Positions 59,898-64,000 of a stretch of 64,000 nucleotides of DNA are shown piece by piece. Origin of the DNA: Alphaproteobacteria bacterium (lineage in GTDB: Bacteria; Pseudomonadota; Alphaproteobacteria; SMXQ01); contig JAYQQF010000016.1 of assembly GCA_038145705.1 (NCBI GenBank), positions 6,675 through 70,674 on the forward strand, written 5' to 3'. The notes under the pieces were generated by a model that was not told the origin of the DNA, did no database searches, and worked only from the letters and a program-made list of their open reading frames with translations. The position numbers were made by a program, and so were the translations under genes. How positions within the stretch are numbered: position 1 is the first letter of the stretch; the number at the start of each line of letters is the position of its first letter.

Positions 59898-59967
59898 AAC
59901 CTTTGGCTACAAAATCTGGCGCTGACGCCCCGGGCGCGAGCGGCTAAGGTTGCCCCGGCCCGGGCCC

Positions 59968-60052
59968 GGGCGCGTGGTGGAATGGTAGACACGAGGGACT
60001 TAAAATCCCTTGGCTTTTGGCCGTGCAGGTTCGATCCCTGCCGCGCCCACCA
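59968..60052 (+). tRNA. tRNA-Leu (anticodon TAA)
   Basis: Acceptor GGGCGCG/CGCGCCC, D-loop TGGTAGAC, anticodon arm AGGGA-CTTAAAA-TCCCT, long variable arm, GGTTCGA T-loop, encoded CCA. Confidence 0.96.
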
Positions 60053-60127
60053 GGGGCCGGAGCGCGGCGGAATCCGCCCGAGTCGGGCCGTCTATATGTA
60101 GTGTCGGCGAGGTTTCCGCCGGCCCCC

Positions 60128-60142
60128 TTAACCCCCCGTTAA
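60128..60142. promoter_or_regulatory. CtrA-like binding site
   Basis: TTAA-CCCCCCG-TTAA matches the TTAA-N7-TTAA consensus. Confidence 0.45.
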
Positions 60143-60279
60143 GGTACTGGCCCCGCAGGTTAAATTTTAGACCCGCATTAAAATTTCTCTTGATTCACCC
60201 CCCAATTACTCGTATCTGACGGATGCCCTAAGTCGCACGTGCCCGTGGGTGCTGGCACACCGATCCCTCCTTAGGATCG

Positions 60280-60375
60280 GAAGCACCTTAAAGCAACGAC
60301 GGTGCGGGCTTTTTTGGTCTCAGTCGGTTGTCCAAAGACCGGCGACACTGAAGAGGCACACCTTCCTTGCCCCAT
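60280..60375 (+). ncRNA. speF leader RNA motif (boundaries approximate)
   Basis: AAAGCAACGACGG...GGGCTTTTTTGGTCTC...GTCGGTTGTCC...ACCGGCGACAC...GAGGC...CTTCCTTGC upstream of ornithine decarboxylase, the known context of the alphaproteobacterial speF motif. Confidence 0.65.
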
Positions 60376-60545
60376 GTGCGGACCGGGTTTCCGATCCAAT
60401 CTGAAGGCAGAAAACCCGGGGGAAAGCCGCCCAAGCGGTTTCTACCCCCAACCCGGTTCCCAAACCGCTGGCTCGGCGTTTCCACCGCGCCTCCGGCGAA
60501 GTAAGGAGCCGGTCGCGGCAACTGTTTTTATTGGAGACGGTCTCG

Positions 60546-61679
60546 ATGGCTACCCAGCGTATCCTCGACTTCCTCGCCAAGGAACGACCCGAAGGCCCCT
60601 GCCTGGTGGTCGACCTTGACGTCGTGCGACGAAATTTTGAAGCCTTCCGCAGGACCCTGCCGGAAACCAGCGTCTATTACGCGGTCAAGGCGAACCCTGC
60701 GCCCGAAATCCTGAGCCTGCTCGCCGAGCTCGGCTCCTGCTTCGACACCGCTTCGGTCGCCGAGATCGAAATGGTGCTCGCCGCGGGCGCCACGCCCGAC
60801 CGCATCTCCTATGGCAACACGATCAAGAAGGAACGCGACATCGCGCGCGCCTTCGAGCTCGGCGTGCGTCTCTACGCTGTCGACTCGGTCGCCGAGGTGG
60901 AAAAGGTCGCCCGCGCCGCCCCCGGCGTGAAGGTGTTCTGCCGCGTGCTCACCGACGGCGCCAACGCTGAATGGCCGCTCAGCCGCAAGTTCGGCTGCCG
61001 CCGCGACATGGCCATCGAGGTCATGGAACGCGCGAAGGCGCTCGGCCTCGTGCCCCACGGGCTCAGCTTCCATGTCGGCTCCCAGCAGCCCGACCTGGAC
61101 GCGTGGGACCGCGCGCTCGCCGATGCCTCGTGGACGTTCAAGCAGCTGCGGCGCAAGCGGATCCGCCTCGCCATGGTCAACCTCGGCGGCGGCTTCCCGA
61201 CCCGTTACCTCAAGGACGTGCCGTCGGTGGACGAGTACGGCCAGGCGATCTTCGGTGCGCTGCGCCGTCACTTCGGCAACCGCATTCCCGAAACGATCAT
61301 CGAACCGGGCCGCGGCATGGTCGGCGACGCCGGCGTGATCAAGACCGAAGTGGTCCTGATCTCGCGCAAGTCGGCCGACGATCCGACGCGCTGGGTCTAT
61401 CTCGACATCGGCAAGTTCGGCGGTCTCGCCGAAACGATGGACGAGGCGATCCGCTATCCCATCCGCACGCCGCGCGACGGCGACGCGGTGGAGCCTTGCG
61501 TGATTGCGGGTCCGACCTGCGATTCGATGGACGTTCTGTACGAAAAGGTCCTGTATCCGCTGCCTGTCTCGCTCACGATCGGCGACGAACTGCTGATCGA
61601 GGCGACGGGCGCCTATACGACGACCTATGCCTCGGTCGCCTTCAACGGTTTCAGTCCGTTGCAGGCTTACGTGATCTAG
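60546..61679 (+). CDS. speF: Ornithine/lysine decarboxylase (fold type III PLP)
   Basis: YAVKAN, FDTAS, SFHVGSQ, NLGGGF, EPGR, GPTCDS, GAYT. Confidence 0.95.
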   Translation: MATQRILDFLAKERPEGPCLVVDLDVVRRNFEAFRRTLPETSVYYAVKANPAPEILSLLAELGSCFDTASVAEIEMVLAAGATPDRISYGNTIKKERDIARAFELGVRLYAVDSVAEVEKVARAAPGVKVFCRVLTDGANAEWPLSRKFGCRRDMAIEVMERAKALGLVPHGLSFHVGSQQPDLDAWDRALADASWTFKQLRRKRIRLAMVNLGGGFPTRYLKDVPSVDEYGQAIFGALRRHFGNRIPETIIEPGRGMVGDAGVIKTEVVLISRKSADDPTRWVYLDIGKFGGLAETMDEAIRYPIRTPRDGDAVEPCVIAGPTCDSMDVLYEKVLYPLPVSLTIGDELLIEATGAYTTTYASVAFNGFSPLQAYVI

Positions 61680-61689
61680 GGACGGTTCG

Positions 61690-62268
61690 ATGATCCGCCT
61701 GAGACGGGAAGCGCCCGCGCACGTACCCGCGCGTGAAGCCCTGCTGGATGCCTGCTTCGGCCCGGAGCGGTTCGCCAAGACGTGCGAACTGCTGCGCCGT
61801 GGCGCGCGTCCGGCGCCGGGGCTGGCGTTTGCCGCGCTCGACGGACGCGACCTGGTCGGCACGCTCCGGCTGTGGCCGATCATCGCCGGCTCGGCCGGGC
61901 CTGCGCTGCTGTTGGGGCCTCTTGGCGTTGCCAGCGACCTGCGCTCGCGCGGCATCGGCCATCAGCTCGTCGTGACAGCCCTGGAAAAGGCAGCCCGCCG
62001 CGGCCATCGCGCCGTCATCTTGGTGGGTGATGCCCCTTATTATGCGCGGTTCGGTTTCACCGACCGCCTGACCGCCGGCCTGGAAATGCCCGGGCCGGTC
62101 GACCGTGCCCGTTTCCTCGGGCTCGAACTGGTGCCGGGCGCCCTTGCGGATGCCTTCGGCATGATCTTGCCTCGCCCGCCGTTGCGCCGTCTGGCGCGGC
62201 CGGTGGCGCAGGGCACCACCGCCTCGCCAGAGGCAGGCGGCTCCGTCGCGACGACAGTCGCCGCCTGA
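61690..62268 (+). CDS. GNAT N-acetyltransferase
   Basis: LLLGPL, RSRGIG, LVGDAPYYARFGF. Confidence 0.92.
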   Translation: MIRLRREAPAHVPAREALLDACFGPERFAKTCELLRRGARPAPGLAFAALDGRDLVGTLRLWPIIAGSAGPALLLGPLGVASDLRSRGIGHQLVVTALEKAARRGHRAVILVGDAPYYARFGFTDRLTAGLEMPGPVDRARFLGLELVPGALADAFGMILPRPPLRRLARPVAQGTTASPEAGGSVATTVAA

Positions 62269-62334
62269 TCACCGTTCAATCCCGCGCGCAAGCGTTCCAA
62301 AGCGCGCAATCGTAAAAAAAAGGGAGAAGGTTCG

Positions 62335-63780
62335 ATGACCGACTGGCCAGTCCATGCCCGTTTCGATGGCCCGATCGTGGTGATCGGCTACGGCTCCATC
62401 GGCCGTGGCGCACTGCCGCTGATCAAGCGCCACATCGCCTGCGACCATTCCAAGATCACCGTCATTGATCCCGACGACAGCCATCGCGACATGCTGGAGC
62501 GCGAAAAGGTGGCTTTCGTCCACAAGCCGCTGACCCGCGACAATTACCGCGACATCCTGACGCCGCTGCTGACGGCGGGCCCGGTGCCGGGCTTCATCGT
62601 CAACCTGTCGGTCGACGTTTCGTCCGTCGCGCTGATGGACCTGTGCAAGGACCTGGGCGCGCTTTACATCGATACGGTGATCGAGCCGTGGCTCGGTTTT
62701 TACACCGACCGTCACATGCCGCCCGAAGCGCGCTCGAATTACGCGCTGCGCGAATCGCTGCTTGATCTGCGTCGGCGCAAGCCGGGCGGGCCGACGGCCG
62801 TCAGCTGCTGCGGCGCCAATCCGGGCATGGTGTCGTGGCTGGTGAAGCAGGCGCTGCTCAACCTCGCCACCGATTGCGGCGAAGCGGTCGAAACGCCCCA
62901 GACCCGCGAAGGCTGGGCGCGGCTGATGTGGAAGCTGGGCGTCAAGGGCGTTCATGTCGCCGAACGCGATACCCAGCGCGCCCGCACGCCGAAGCCCCGG
63001 GGAATTTTCGTCAATACCTGGTCGGTCGAAGGTTTCATTGCCGAAGGCCTCCAGCCCGCCGAGCTCGGCTGGGGTACCCATGAAAAGGCGCTTCCCCCCG
63101 AAGGCCGCCGCCATACGGCCGGCAGCGGTTCGGCCATCTACCTGATGCGCCCGGGTGCCGGCACGCGCGTGCGCTCGTGGACGCCGACGGCGCAGTCCCA
63201 GCTCGCCTTCCTCATCACCCATAACGAATCGATTTCGATCGCTGACTATTACACGGTGCGCGACGGCAACAAGCTGCTCTTCCGCCCGACCTGCCATTAC
63301 GCCTATCACCCCTGCGACGACGCGGTGCTGTCGATGCATGAACTGGCGGGCCGCCAGTGGCGGGCGCAGGACGACTGGATGATCCTCGACGAGCATGACA
63401 TCCTCGACGGCGCCGACGAACTGGGCGTTCTGCTCTATGGCCACTCGCGCAACGCCTACTGGTTCGGTTCCCAGCTTTCGATCCAGGATACCCGCCGCGT
63501 CGCGCCTTTCCAGAATGCGACGGGGCTGCAGGTGACGTCAGCCGTGCTCGCGGGCATGGTCTGGGCGCTGGAAAATCCGCAGGCTGGCATCGTCGAGGTC
63601 GACGAGATCGACTTCTCCCGCTGCCTGCAGATCCAGCGGCCCTATCTCGGTCCGGTGGTCGGCGTCTATACGGACTGGACGCCGCTCAGCGACCGCGATG
63701 GCGGCCTGTTCCCCGATTCGGTCGATATCTCCGATCCCTGGCAGTTCAGCAACGTGATCGTCCGCGACAGCAGCGTCTGA
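62335..63780 (+). CDS. hss: Homospermidine synthase
   Basis: GYGSIG, NLSVDVSS, CCGANPG, NTWSVEGF, ITHNES, QNATGLQV. Confidence 0.96.
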   Translation: MTDWPVHARFDGPIVVIGYGSIGRGALPLIKRHIACDHSKITVIDPDDSHRDMLEREKVAFVHKPLTRDNYRDILTPLLTAGPVPGFIVNLSVDVSSVALMDLCKDLGALYIDTVIEPWLGFYTDRHMPPEARSNYALRESLLDLRRRKPGGPTAVSCCGANPGMVSWLVKQALLNLATDCGEAVETPQTREGWARLMWKLGVKGVHVAERDTQRARTPKPRGIFVNTWSVEGFIAEGLQPAELGWGTHEKALPPEGRRHTAGSGSAIYLMRPGAGTRVRSWTPTAQSQLAFLITHNESISIADYYTVRDGNKLLFRPTCHYAYHPCDDAVLSMHELAGRQWRAQDDWMILDEHDILDGADELGVLLYGHSRNAYWFGSQLSIQDTRRVAPFQNATGLQVTSAVLAGMVWALENPQAGIVEVDEIDFSRCLQIQRPYLGPVVGVYTDWTPLSDRDGGLFPDSVDISDPWQFSNVIVRDSSV

Positions 63781-63865
63781 TCGCACCAATCGATCCCGCA
63801 GCCCTTGCCCGCGTGCCTGCGCGCGCCTAGGCTTGCCCCCAAGAAAAAGGCGCAAGGGGGGCAGC

Positions 63866-64000
63866 ATGAACGCGACATCGGCGGCGGAACGGATTCCGGC
63901 GGGCTGGCAGGCCGAGAATTTCAGGCCCATCGGCTACAGTGATCTCGGCGGGCGCCGCGGCGCGTTCAAGATTGCCGTCACGGAAAAAAACGGGCGCTGG
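63866..64000 (+). CDS. Hypothetical protein (5' part, runs off window)
   Basis: ATG after AAGGGGG; open to the edge: MNATSAAERIPAGWQAENFRPIGYSDLGGRRG... Confidence 0.5.
   Translation, partial: MNATSAAERIPAGWQAENFRPIGYSDLGGRRGAFKIAVTEKNGRW

Noticed and set aside
59968-60052. tRNA-Leu as an island integration site
   Set aside because: No integrase nearby and no duplicate of its 3' end noticed in the window.

Overview
GC-rich alphaproteobacterial chromosomal segment (Rhodospirillales- or Hyphomicrobiales-like; inferred) with five blocks. (1) 1-7.4 kb: a visibly lower-GC regulatory block with the 5' end of a CsgG/HfaB-like lipoprotein gene missing from the ORF track, two orphan LuxR-type regulators, a Crp/Fnr regulator, a Sel1 protein and secreted unknowns. 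It ends at a degenerate element-terminus-like motif. (2) 10.1-19.4 kb: a tightly coupled 8-gene envelope operon of unknown function, the best candidate for an undescribed system. It encodes a MotA/TolQ/ExbB channel, two ExbD-like-anchor/coiled-coil/VWA proteins, a PEGA/FGE-sulfatase-fold protein, a TPR-like protein, a lipoprotein and two secreted proteins. (3) 22.8-23.9 kb: two convergent cold-shock genes enclosing two small basic proteins. (4) 24-59.9 kb: a large aromatic-acid catabolism and uptake region with gallate dioxygenase, a PDR reductase, UbiD, two Rieske oxygenases, a dihydrodiol dehydrogenase, LigJ-like, DesZ-like and cupin enzymes, four TctC binders with TctAB, and ABC and MFS transporters. 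(5) tRNA-Leu(TAA), a speF-leader-like RNA, ornithine decarboxylase, a GNAT and homospermidine synthase. No CRISPR array, transposase or integrase was seen. All family calls come from motif recognition by eye, not database searches.
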